Positions 1 to 11,639 of a stretch of 64,000 bases of DNA are shown piece after piece. The position numbers were made by a program, and so were the translations under genes. Below the pieces are notes generated by a model. It did not search any database, was not told where the DNA came from, and saw only the letters and a list, made by a program, of their open reading frames with translations. Position 1 is the first letter of the stretch. The number at the start of each line of letters is the position of its first letter. The stretch lies in contig NC_086097.1 of assembly GCF_963921235.1 (NCBI RefSeq), forward strand, positions 103,728,001-103,792,000. Reading direction: 5' to 3'. This DNA comes from Mobula hypostoma. Its lineage: Eukaryota.

Positions 1-385
1 TGTTAGAAATTAATGGGCACATGTGATGCAGTATACCACCAGCTCTTCTCGATCTGCCTGAATACATTAATCCTGACTGAAATCCCACTTGATATCCACA
101 TGACAATTGCTATCAGATCAGCAACTCTAAACCAGTTAACCTTTGTCTGTTAAAATGTGTTATGCATGCTTTCACACTTTCACCAAATTCTGAGGTATAT
201 TTCTCCTTCAAAACGCAACAGTATATTCTTTAGAATGTGTTAATATTCTGTTAAGTTGACTTTTTAAAACAAATCTAACAATTTAAAACTTTTGTGGAAA
301 CTGAATGGCTCAACTTGAAAATAACAAATGATTCTGCTTTTTGTTTTAAAATCAACCCAACTAAATCAGATTAGTGATGCATATA

Positions 386-787
386 CAGTACTGTGCAAAA
401 ATCTTAAGTACATGTAAAAAAAATCCTGTGAAGTGGAGATGCTTTCAAAAATAATGAAATGAAAAGCTCGTAATTTTTTAAAATTACCATAAAGAGCAGT
501 AAACAATGAAAAAACTAAATCAAATCAATATTTGGTGTGACAGCCCTCTGCCTTTAAAAGTGCATTAATTCTCTTGGGTACACTGTCATGTAGTTGTATT
601 AGAGAATTGCCTGATAGATTGCTCCAAGCATCTTGAGAACTAGCCACAGTTCTTCACAGACTTTAGGTTTCTCTCCCGGTAATCTCAGAACAGCCTCAAT
701 GCCGTTGAGATCAGGGCTCTGTGGAGGCTATAGCATCTGCAACCATATAAAAAAATCTGGGATGCCTAAGACTTTTGCACAGTATTG
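386..787. mobile_element. Non-autonomous Tc1/mariner-type element (MITE-like)
   Basis: TIRs CAGTACTGTGCAAAAATCTTAAG (from 386) and CCTAAGACTTTTGCACAGTATTG (to 787), with TA on both sides (384-385, 788-789); no transposase ORF. Confidence 0.85.
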
Positions 788-819
788 TAGGTATATATGT
801 AATGCTAGAAATTGCAAAT

Positions 820-1545
820 TTTCTTATAATCACGTGTACTGAGCTGCAGTGGAAAAAACTTGATGACTCGCATACTATTCATACAGATCAATTTGTTGCA
901 ACAGTGTATTGAGGTGGTCAGGGTAAACAATAACAGAATGCAGAAAAAAATACTACAGCTGCAGAGAAGATGCAGTGCAGGTTGCCAGTAAAATGCAAGT
1001 TAATAACAAGGTAGACTGAGGCCAAGCTTATTTTATTGTAGCAGGAAACCATTCCACAGTGGGCTAGAAGCTGCCCTGCTGGTGTATCTTCTAACCAATG
1101 GAGGAGGGAGGTTAGAAAGAATGCCTAGAGTTGGTGGGTTCTTTGATCATGTTAGCCACTTTACTGGGGCAGGGAGAAATGTAAATAAAGTCCATGGTTT
1201 TTGTGAAATGCTGACACAGCACTACAACTTCCTGTGGCCAAGGGCGGGCCAGTTGCCAAACTAAGCTATGACTCATCTGGATAAGATGCTTTTTATGATG
1301 AGTGCCAATGGGGACATGCCAAATTTTCTCAGCCTCCCAAGGAAGTAGAGGTGCTGGTGAGCTTTCATGGCCATGGCGTCAATGTGGTTCAATCAGGACA
1401 GACTGATGCTGATGTTTACTCCAATGAACTTGAAGCTCTACACATTCTTTACCTCAGCATGTGAATCACTCCACTTCTGAAGCCAATAACCAACTTTTTT
1501 GTTTTGCTGACAATGCAGGAAAGGCTGTTGCCATGAGACCAAGGT
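820..1545 (-). mobile_element. Decayed Rex1/Babar LINE, 3' fragment
   Basis: Reverse complement resembles the RT C-terminal region of the adjacent plus-strand copy (H-LYFL-RL-KFGM-like stretch near 1315-1360); boundaries approximate. Confidence 0.6.
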
Positions 1546-2826
1546 AACATGCCTGAATGGCTGGCGTCCTCTCGCACTCACCTCAATAATAAGCAAATGC
1601 TTTAAGAGGCTGGTCAAGGACTAACTACATCTGCAGCTTGCTACAACCCACACTGGACTCCCTACAATTCACCTACTGACACAACCAATTGGCAGGTAAC
1701 GCAATAGCCACTGCACTACATACCGTTCTTACACATCTGGAGAATGCTGTTTTTGGACAACAGTTCAGCATTCAACACCATAATTAGATCCAAGCTCGAC
1801 AGGAAGCTCAGAGACCTCGGCCTTGACCCTGCCTTGTGCAGCTGGATCCTGGACTTCCTGTCAGATCGCCAGCAGGTGGTAAGAGTGGGCTTCCTCATCT
1901 CCACCCCTCTGACTCTCAACACAGGAGCCCCTCAGGGCTGTGTACTAAGTCCCCTTCTTTACTCTCTGTATACCCATGACTGAGCCACCACCCACAGCTC
2001 AAATCTACTAATTAAATTTGCCAATGACACTAGATTGATTGGCCTAATATCAAACAATAACAAGGTGGCCTACAGGGAAGAAGTCATCTCATGACACAGT
2101 GGTCTCAAGAAAACAACCTCTCCCTCAATATTGCAAAAACAAAGGAGCTGGTTATGGATTACAGGAGGAATGTAACCCCTATTGACATCAATGGAACTGG
2201 GGTTGAGAGGGTAAACAGCTTCAAGTTCCTTGGCATCCACATCACGGAGGATGTCACATGGTCTGTACACACCAGCTGTGTGGTGAAAAAGGCACAACAG
2301 CACCTCTTTCACCTCAGACGGTTGAGGAAGTTTGGTATGGGCCCCTAAGTCCTAAGAACTTTCTACAGGGGCACAATTGAGAGCATCCTGACCAGCTGCA
2401 TCACTGCCTGGTATTGGAACTGTACCTCCCTTAATCGCAGGATTCTGCAGAGAGTGGTGCGGACAGCCCAGCGCATCTGTAGTTGTGAACTTCCCATGAT
2501 TCACGACATTTACAAAGACAGGTCTGAAAAAAGGGCCCGAAGGATCATTGGTGACCTGTGTCACCCCAACCACAATCTATTCCAGTTGCTAGCATCTGGG
2601 AAACCGTACCACAGCATAAAAGCCAGGACCAACAGGCTCCAGGACAGCTTCTTCCACCAGGTCATCAGACTGATTAACTCACGCTGATTTGAGTGTATTT
2701 CTATGTTACATTGACTGTTCTATTTATTATAAATTATAAATGACTACGATTACACATTTAGACAGAGACGTAATGTAAAGATTTTTACTCGTCATGTATG
2801 TGAAAGATCTAAGAATAAAGTCAATC
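1546..2826 (+). mobile_element. 5'-truncated Rex1/Babar LINE (RT domain to 3' end), frameshifted
   Basis: ORFs 1744-1983 ([32 protein letters not shown]), 2091-2348 (KKAQQHLFHLRRLRKFG) and 2454-2687; ends near AATAAAGTCAAT. Confidence 0.85.
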
Positions 2827-2929
2827 CGTATCACTAGGCTCTCTATCTCCTTCCTGCATGTTCATTGTTATCATCTCACTAAAGTTCAAAGTAAATTTAT
2901 TAACAATGTACATAAATGCCACCATATAT

Positions 2930-5495
2930 TCATTTTGGAGAAAAGGCCAAGGTTATTCTTGTAAGACATGCTCCCCAATCAGGCAATATCCTTGTAAATC
3001 TCCTCTGCAGCCTTTCTATAGTTTCCACATTCTTCCTGCAGTGAGGTGACCAGAACTGAGCATAATACTCCAAGTGGGGACTGACCAGGGTCCTATATAG
3101 CTGGAACATTACCTCTTGGCTCTTAAACTCAATCCCACAGTTGATGAAAGCCAATGCATTGTATGCCTTCTTAACCACACAGTCAACCTGCGCAGATTCT
3201 TTGAGTGTCCTTTGGACTCGGACCCCAAGATACCTCTGATCCTCCACACTGCCAACAGTCTTACCATTAATACTATACTCCGCCATCATATTTCACCTAC
3301 CAAAATGAACCATCTCACACTTATCTGGGTTGAACTCCATCTGCCACTTATCAGTCCAGTTTTGCATCCTATCAATGTCCCATTGAAACCTCTGACAGCC
3401 CTCCACACTATCCACAACACCCCCAACCTTTGTGTCATCAGCAAATTTGCTAACCTATCCCTCCACTTCCTCATCCAGGTCATTTATAAAAATCACAAAG
3501 AGTAGGGGGTCCCAGAACAGATTCCTAAGGCACACCACTGGTCACCAGCCTCCATGCAGAATATGACCTGTCTACAACCACTCTTTGCTTTCTGTGGGCA
3601 AGCCAATTCTGGATCCACAAAGCAATGTCCCCATAGATCCCATGCCTCCTTACTTACTCAATAAGCTTTACATGGGGTACCTTATCAAATGCCTTGCTGA
3701 AATCCATATAGACTACATTTACAGCTCTACCTTCATCAACATGTTTAGTCACATCCTCAAAAAATTCAATCAGGCTCGTAAGGCACGACCTGCTTTTGAC
3801 AAGGCCATGCTGACCATTCCTAATCATATTATGCCTCTCCAAATGTTCATAAATCCTGCCTCTCAGGATCTTTTCCATCAATTTACCCACCAGTGAAGTA
3901 AGACCCACTGATCTATGATTTCCTGGGCTATCTCCACTCCCTTTCTTGAATAAGGGAACAACATCTTCCAATCCTCTGAAACCTCTCCCATCCCCATTGA
4001 TGATGCAAAGATCATTGCCAGAAGCTCAGTAATCTCTTCCCTCGCCTCCCACAGTAGCCTGGGATACATTTCATCCTGTCCCAGCGACTTATCCAACTTG
4101 ATGCTTTCCAAAAGCTCCAGCACATCCTCTTTCTTAATGTCTATATGTTCAAGCTTTTCAACACACTGTAAGTCATCCCTACAATGCCAAGCAACACACA
4201 TAAAAGTTGCTGGTGAACGCAGCAGGCCAGGCAGCATCTCTAGGAAGAGGTACAGTCGACGTTTTGGGCCGAGACCCTTCGTCAGGATCTCGGATTTCCT
4301 CGTGTTTGTGCCTACAATGCCATAGTGAATACTGAAGCAACGTATTCATTAAGTACCTCTGCTATCTCCTCCGGTTCCATACACACTGTTCCACTGTCAC
4401 ACTTGATTGGTCCTGTTCTCTCACATCTTATCCTCTTGTTTTTCACATACTTGTAGAATGCCTGGTGGTCTTCCTTAATCCTGCTCGCCAAGGCCTTCTC
4501 ATGTCCCCCTTTGGCTCTCCTAATTTAATTCTTATGCTCCTTCCTGCTAGTCTTATAATCTTCTAGATCTTTATCATTACCTAGTTTTTTGAACCTTTCG
4601 TAAGCTTTTCTTTTCTTCTTGACTAGATTTATAACAGACTTTGTACACCATGCTTCCTGTACCCTACCATCCTTTCCCTGTCTCATTGGAATGTACCTAT
4701 GCAGAACGCTACACAAATATTCCCTGTACATTTGCCACATTTCTGCTATACATTTCCCTGAGAACATCTGCTCCCTAATTATGCTTCCAAGTTCCTGCCT
4801 GATAGCTTCATATTTCCCCTTACTCCAATTAAACACTTTTCTAACTTGTCTGTTCCATCCCTCTCCAATGCCATGGTAAAGGAGATAGAACTGTGATCAC
4901 TACCTCCAAAATGCTATCCAACTGACAAACCTGTCACCTGACTAGGTTCATTTCCCAATACCAGATCAAGTACAGCTTCGCCTCTTGTAGTCTTATCTAC
5001 ATATTGTGTCAGGAAACCTTCCTGAACATACCTAACAAACTCCACCCCACCTAAACCCCTTGCTCTAGGGAGATGCCAATCAATATTTGGGAATTTTAAA
5101 TCTCCCATCACGACAACCCTGTTATTATCACACCTTTCCAGAATCTGTCTCCCTATCTGCTCCTCGATGTCCCTGTTACTATTGGGTGGTCTATATAAAA
5201 AAAAACACCCAGCAGAGTTATTGACCCCTTCCTATTCCTAACTTCCACCCACAGAGACTCCATAGACAACCCCTCCATGACGTCCTCCTTTTCTGCAGCT
5301 GTGACACTCTCTCTGGTCAACAGTGCCACACTCTTTTGCCTCCCTCTATATCCTTTCTGAAACATCTAAAGCCTGACACTTGAAGTAGTTGTTTCTGCCC
5401 CTGCACTATCCAAGCCACAACATCATAGCTCCAAGTGCTAATACATGCTCTATGCTCATCCGCTTTATTCATAATACTCCTCGCATTAAAATAAA
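2930..5495 (-). mobile_element. CR1 LINE fragment (APE to RT), decayed, interrupted by a Penelope-derived insertion
   Basis: Minus-strand ORFs with YMDFSKAFDKVPH, RSCLTSLIEFFE and GEAVLDLVLGNEP motifs. Confidence 0.85.
4190..4310. mobile_element. Penelope-derived short insertion with inverted arm; hammerhead core mutated (GAAA to AAAA)
   Basis: 12-bp TSD CCTACAATGCCA at 4178-4189 and 4311-4322; same sequence family as 21104, 41892 and 54995; minus-strand CTGACGA...AAAACGTC at 4258-4285. Confidence 0.8.
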
Positions 5496-5519
5496 ATGTT
5501 GAAACTGTTCACCCTTTCC

Positions 5520-7250
5520 AGGGGACAAGGCGATGGCAGATGAACTAAATGAGTATTTTGTATCATCCTTCACTGCAGAGGACACTAGCAGTGTGTCAGA
5601 TGTTGAAGGATGTAAGGAAAGAGAAGTGACTGCAGTTACCATTACAAGGGAGAAGGTGCTCAAGAAGCTGAAAGACCTAAGGGTACATAAATCACCTGGA
5701 CCAGATGAACTGCTGCCTAATGTTCTGAAAGAGATAGCAGTAAAAACTGTGGAGGCATTAGTAATGATCTTTCAAAATTCGCTGGACTCTGGCATGGTGC
5801 CAGAGGACTGGAAAATTGCAAATGTCTCTCCATTCTTTAAGAAAGGAGGAAGGAAATTGTAGACCAGTTAGTCTGACCTCAGCAGTTGGGAAGATGTTGG
5901 AGTCAATTGTTAAGGATGAAGTGATGGAGTACTTGGTAACACAGGACAAGATAGGACAAAGTTAGCATGGCTTCCTTAAGGGAAAATCTTGCCTGAGAAA
6001 ACCTGTTCGAATTCTTTGAGGAAATTACAAGTAGGGTAAATAAAGGGGATGGAGTGGATGTTATTTATTTGGACTTTCAGAAGGTCTTTGACAAGGCGCC
6101 ACACATGAGGCTACTAACCAAGTTAACAGCCCATGGCATTACAGGAGAGTTATTAATATGGTTAGAGCATTGACTGATTAGGAGGAGGCAGCAAGTGGGA
6201 ATAAAAGGATCCTTTTCTGGTTGGCTACCAGTGACTAGTGGTTTTCCACAGAGGTCGGTGTTGGGACTGCTTCTTTTTATGCTGTCTGCCAGTGATTTAG
6301 ATGATGGAATAGATGGCTTTGTTGCCAAGCATGATATGAAGATCGATGGAGGACCAGGCACTGTTGAGGAAACAGGTAGGTGGCAGAAGGACTTAGACAG
6401 ATTAGGAGAATGGGCACAAAGTAGCAAATGGAATACAATGCTGGAAAATGCATCATCATGCACCCTGGTAGTAGAACTAAATGTGCAGATTGTTTTCTAA
6501 ACGGGGAGAAAATCCAAAAATCTTAGATGCAAAGGGACTTGGGAGTCCTTGTGCAGAACACCCTAAAAGTTAACATGCAGGTCAAGTCAGTGGTGAGGAA
6601 GGCAAAAGCAATGTTAACATTCATTTTAAAAGGTCCAGAATACAAGCACACAGATGCATTGCTGAGGCTTTATAAGGCACTGGTGAGGCCTCACCTTGAG
6701 TATTATGAACAGTTTTAGGCTCCGTATCTAAGAAAAGATGTGCTGCCACTGGAGAGGATTCAGGGGAGGTTCACAAGGATGATTCCAGGAATGAAAGGGT
6801 TATCATATGAGGCATGTTTGATGGTCCTGGGTCTGTACTCGCTAAAATTTATAAAGGTGAGGAGGGATCTCACTGAAACCTTTCAAATGTTGAAAGGCCT
6901 AGACAGAGTAGATGTGGAAAGGATGCTTCTCATGGTGAGGGAGTCTAGAACAAGAGGGCACAGCCTCAGGATAGAGGGGTGTCCGTTTAAAATAGAGATG
7001 TGGAGAAATTTCTTTAGCCCGAGGGTGGTGAATTTGTGGAATTTGTTACCAAAGACAACTGTGGAGGCTAGGCCATTGGGTGTATTTAAGGCAGAGCTTG
7101 GTACGTTCTTAATTGGACACGGCATCAAAGGTTATGGGGAGAAGGCCAAGGAGTAGGGCTGAGGAGGGGAACAAAGGATCAGCCATGATTGAATAGTGAA
7201 GCAGACTAGATGGGCCAAATGACCTAATTCTGCTCTTATGCCTTATGGTG
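5520..7250 (+). mobile_element. 5'-truncated CR1 LINE (RT to 3' UTR)
   Basis: ORFs with ADELNEYF, VPEDWKIANV, LYKALVRPHLEY and RVVNLWNLLP motifs, followed by a CR1-type 3' UTR; same subfamily as 50830-53545. Confidence 0.85.
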
Positions 7251-7404
7251 ATTTTAACTTTCCACATATTGACTGGACCCCCACACTGTAAAAGGACTGG
7301 ATGGGATAGAGTTTGTCAATTGTGTTTAGGAAAGTTTCATTAATCAATACAGAGGTCAATATTGGAGAATACTGGATATTGGATCACTATCAGGTCTGAT
7401 TATG

Positions 7405-8800
7405 TGAACCTGCTGGGGATCTGGTTCAGAGAGATCGAGACAAACAACAAAAATTGGCTGAAGCAGACTGGGAAGGTAAAACAGAAATTGGGATGGGTGG
7501 AGGGCACTCCCTATCGATAATGGGATGAACCTGGCTACCAGGCGCGAGGTGCTCCCAGGGCTGCTATACTTACTGAGGGTGCGATCCATCCTCTATTCCT
7601 CCAGCTTCGGAATCACCCGAGCTGTCTTCATGTTCATGAACTGCCATTAGGCTCTATAATAGGTCATCCTATAGCCAGTGAATTTGATGACCCCCTCCTG
7701 TAAGACCGTTTGTAGTAACTTATTTTTTATTTTCTCTACTTCTCTTCTATGGACTGGATCAGATGGGTCACAATGCACAAGTCCCTGGACAACAAGAGTA
7801 AAAATGCCCTCACCCCTGATGACCATCTTCATACGTGGCTGCATCTGACTCATGCATGGAACCTAAATATGCGGGCACCAAGCATCACTAAGTGCCGAGG
7901 TGTTCTCTCTTCCTGGTGTTGTGAAGGACAGGTCTGGCCCCATTGCCATGCAATGTCCCAGTCCACTAGATGTTCAACCTGGCCTTTGTGGAAAAAGTTC
8001 TTCCAGACCATCACTTTTGACCAAAAGACCACCAGTGGTCAGCACAGAATGTCCTGCACATACTGCAGGAGGAGGACTCGATGGACACAGTGAGGTGGGT
8101 TCCTGAGGAGACTATCCAGACCATCTGGCAGAATGCCTCGACACCAGGCTTCCAAGACTGTCTGGTGGTGAGACAGACCCTCTCAAATCAGACCCTTCCT
8201 GCATGCCTGGAGCATCACTCCAACGGTACAATGCCCATGGGATGACAGTGGCTCACTTCTTTGCAGACTGTGGGTTTGCAAAGAGGGTGTAGAGAAAGAT
8301 CAAAGGGCCTGTGTCACTGTTTATCCTGAACAGCTGCGTGACAGAGGTTTCTGATCTACAGGCTGTTCCCAGGAATACACTGGAGACAAACATCAAGTGC
8401 TGCTGGCAGATTGTCAACTCAGTGAAAGATGCTCTTTGGTCTGCCTGAAACCTGTTGGTTTGCCATTACAATTTGATGTCCATGGAGAAATGCTGCCGAC
8501 GGGCTCATTCTAGGCTGCAGGAGTAGATGCTGAGGGTCGCACTGAAACTTGAGGCATCCGCAAGAGCGCGGGGTAGAAGGACCACAGTCTAGGGTTCTTC
8601 TCCCACTGGTGAAGGGAAAGCCGTGCTGGGGAAGGAAGCCCCTCAATTATTATTGTAGCAGTATACCCACGCCAGGGTGCTACAAGAGTGGCAGCAGAGC
8701 TATGGATGTGTATGAATGTAATAGAACAGCATGGAAAGCATTGACTATCAATATAAACGATGAAAAGGTTCAATGGTTTAATCTTGTAAATTTTTTAAAA
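7405..8800 (+). mobile_element. Decayed L1-clade (Tx1-like) LINE, ORF2 C-terminal part
   Basis: Remnant translations LLGIWF near 7410, AHFFADCGFAKRV at ~8250-8290 (L1-clade C-terminal Cys/His region) and CWQIVNSVKDALWSA at ~8400-8445. Confidence 0.65.
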
Positions 8801-8804
8801 TTAT

Positions 8805-9172
8805 GATCTGATAGAGATGAATAAAATGATGAGAGGCATTGATCATGTGATAGTCAGAGGCTTTTTCCCAGGGCTGGAATGGCTAGCACAAGAGGGCACA
8901 GTTTTAAGGTGCTTGAAAATAGGTACAGAGGAGATGTCAGGGGTAAGTTTTTTTATGCAGAGAGTGGTAAGTGCGTGGAATGGGCTGCCGGCGACGGTGG
9001 TGGAGGTGGATATGATGGGGTCTTTTAAGAGACCCCTGGACAGGTACATGGTGCTCAGAAAAATAGAGGGCTATGGGTAACCCTAGGTAATTTCTAAGGT
9101 AAGGACATATTCGGCACAGCTTTGTGGGCCAAAGGGCCTGCATTGTGCTGTAGATTTTCTATGTTTCTATGT
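8805..9172 (+). mobile_element. CR1 3' end fragment
   Basis: ORF 8817-9080 (QRVVSAWNGLP); ends in a TTCTATGT-type tail. Confidence 0.8.
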
Positions 9173-9209
9173 TGGGATGCTGGGTAGTACAGCCCATTGG
9201 TCTAGAAGG

Positions 9210-10545
9210 ACCTGATAAATTATTAGAAAGGACTAGATATATAAATATTTGGATAGCCAGATATAGTCGACATGGCTTTATGCGTGGTAGGTCACATGTA
9301 ACAAATCTTGGAGTTTTTCAAGGAAGTTACTAGGAACGTTGATGAAGGAAAGGGATTGGATTTTTATTTACATGGACTTTAGCGAGGCCTTTGACAATGT
9401 CCCACATGGGAGGCAATAAAGAAAGTTCAGTAGCTACGCATTCAGGATGAGGTAGCAAATTGGATTTGATACTGGCTTTCTACGAGAAGCTAGAGAGTAG
9501 TACTAGTCGACAGTTGTCTCTCTGACTGGTGGCCTGTGACTAGAGGTGTGCCACAGTGATTGTTGCTGAGTCCATTGTTGTTTGACATCCACAGTATATC
9601 AATGATCTGGATGATAATGTGAAACAAGATCAGCAAATGTGCAAATGGCACCAAGACTGGGATGCAGTGGACAGCAACGAAGGCTATCACAAAGCTTGCA
9701 ACAGGATCTGGACCAGCTGGAAAAATTAGCTTTAAACATGGTAGATGGAAGTTAATGCAGACAAGTACGAGGTGTTGCACTTTGGAAGAACAAACTGGGA
9801 TTGGACAGTGAACGATAAGACACTAAGGAGTGCAGTAGAACAGTGAGATCTGGGAAAACAGATCCATAATTCCAGGACAATGGCATCGCAGGTAGATAGA
9901 GTCGTAAAGAGAGCTTTTGGAACACTGGCCTCCATAAGTCAAAGTACTGAGTACAGGAGTTGGGATGTTAGGTTGCAATTGTATAAGATGTTGATGAGGA
10001 CTAATTTGGAGTACTATGTGCAGTTCTGGCCATCTACCTGTAGGAAAGATATCCATTAGATTAAAGGAGTTAAGAGGAAATTTACAAGGGTGTCACCATG
10101 ATTTGAGGATCAGACTTACATGGAAAGTTTGAATAGGTTAAAACTTTATTCCCTGGACCATCAGAGAATGAGGGGAGGTTTGACAGATGTGTACAAAACT
10201 ATGAGGGGTATAGATAGAGTATATGCAAGAAGGCATTTTCTACTGAAGTTAGGTAAGACATAAACTAGAGGTCATAAGTTAAGGGTAAGTGGTGAGCTAC
10301 TTAAGCGTATCCTGAGGGGGAACTTCTTCATTCAGAGGGTGGTGAGAGTGTAAAACAGCCCGACAGCAGAAGTGGTGGATATGGGTTCTATTTCAACATT
10401 TGAGAGAAACTTAGGTAAGTACATGGATGGAAAATGTAAGGGCTATGGTCCAGGTGAGGGTCAATGGGACTAGGTAGAATTACAACTTGGCCCAGACTAG
10501 ACAGGCCAAAGGGCCTGTTTCCCTGTTCAAGTGCTCATGACTGTA
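9210..10545 (+). mobile_element. Decayed CR1 LINE (RT to 3' UTR)
   Basis: Nucleotide similarity to 34550-35850 (catggctttatgcgtggtaggtca, tacatggactttagcgaggcctttgacaa); many stops. Confidence 0.8.
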
Positions 10546-10900
10546 ACTTGTAAATTGAATTAGAGCAGAATCTGGCCACACAGTCATGAGTGTATAGGGA
10601 GAAAATCGGGGGTTGATGATGCAGCCTCGTGGGGCAGCAGCGTTGAGGGTTATCATGAATAGCTCAGAAGGTGGAGATGAAGTCAATAAACTATAGTCCA
10701 ACAGTATTACTGTCCAGATGCCGCAGACATGAGTGTAGGGCAAGGGAGATGGCATCTGCCATACACGTTTTTCGACAGTAAGCAAATTGCAGGGGGTCAA
10801 GATTGTCTGGGAGGCTTTAGTTACTATGAGCCACGACCATGCTCTTGATGCATTTCATGACAGTAGATGTCAGAGACATCAGGCGGTAGTCATTAAGGCA
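10545..10900 (-). mobile_element. Decayed Rex1/Babar RT fragment
   Basis: Minus-strand remnant TLNAAAPRGCIINP resembles [14 protein letters not shown]. Confidence 0.55.
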
Positions 10901-11639
10901 CTTTATGGCATTATACCTCGAATTTATAAAATTTACATTATGGAAGGCATTTGCATAATGAAAGGCATCACAATGCAAATAAACAAAATGCAGTCACGGT
11001 TCACTGACTGCAACATACAATTCTTTGTGAAATGGTCTTTATAATCCAGATCTCTGCATGTGACATTCTTGATAGATGAGCTGGTAAAGGAAACAATTAA
11101 TCAAGGGTCAAAGAACCAGACTTGCTACTTGGGGCTTCTGCACTCAGAGGAAGACAGAATGTGTGTGTGGGGGGGGGGTGGAGGTGGAGGCGGGGGGGGG
11201 GGTCAGTTGATAGGTTATCTACAAACTACTCCACTAGTCAGTGGTAAATGATTATCACTAGAGGACATGTCACAATTTATTTCCTTGTACTCAGAGGGAG
11301 AAAGAATTCTTAAAATATCCCTCTATGTAGCAACGTTCATTCTACCCAGTATGCCAATCTATGCTGCGATTCATGAATATTCCTTCTGTTCATCAGTCAA
11401 TTCTGCAAACTTCAATAAAGAGACTGTGTTAGCCAAAAAAATGACAGCATTTAGATGGCATGTGATGCAGTGGATCAAAAAATTTGGATTTAAAAGTTAA
11501 AGAATATGAATGGATTTTTCTTCCATTGAAAACGTAATTCAAGTGAATTTTATGCAAGCAAAATGTGTCTAGTTTAAGAAAAAACTGACATTAATTAATA
11601 GGTTTGGGGCTCTGTTTATTCTACATTGTGAAAAATCGT

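Noticed and set aside
11060..11251. Poly-glycine ORF
   Set aside because: Translation of a simple G-run from a GTG start.
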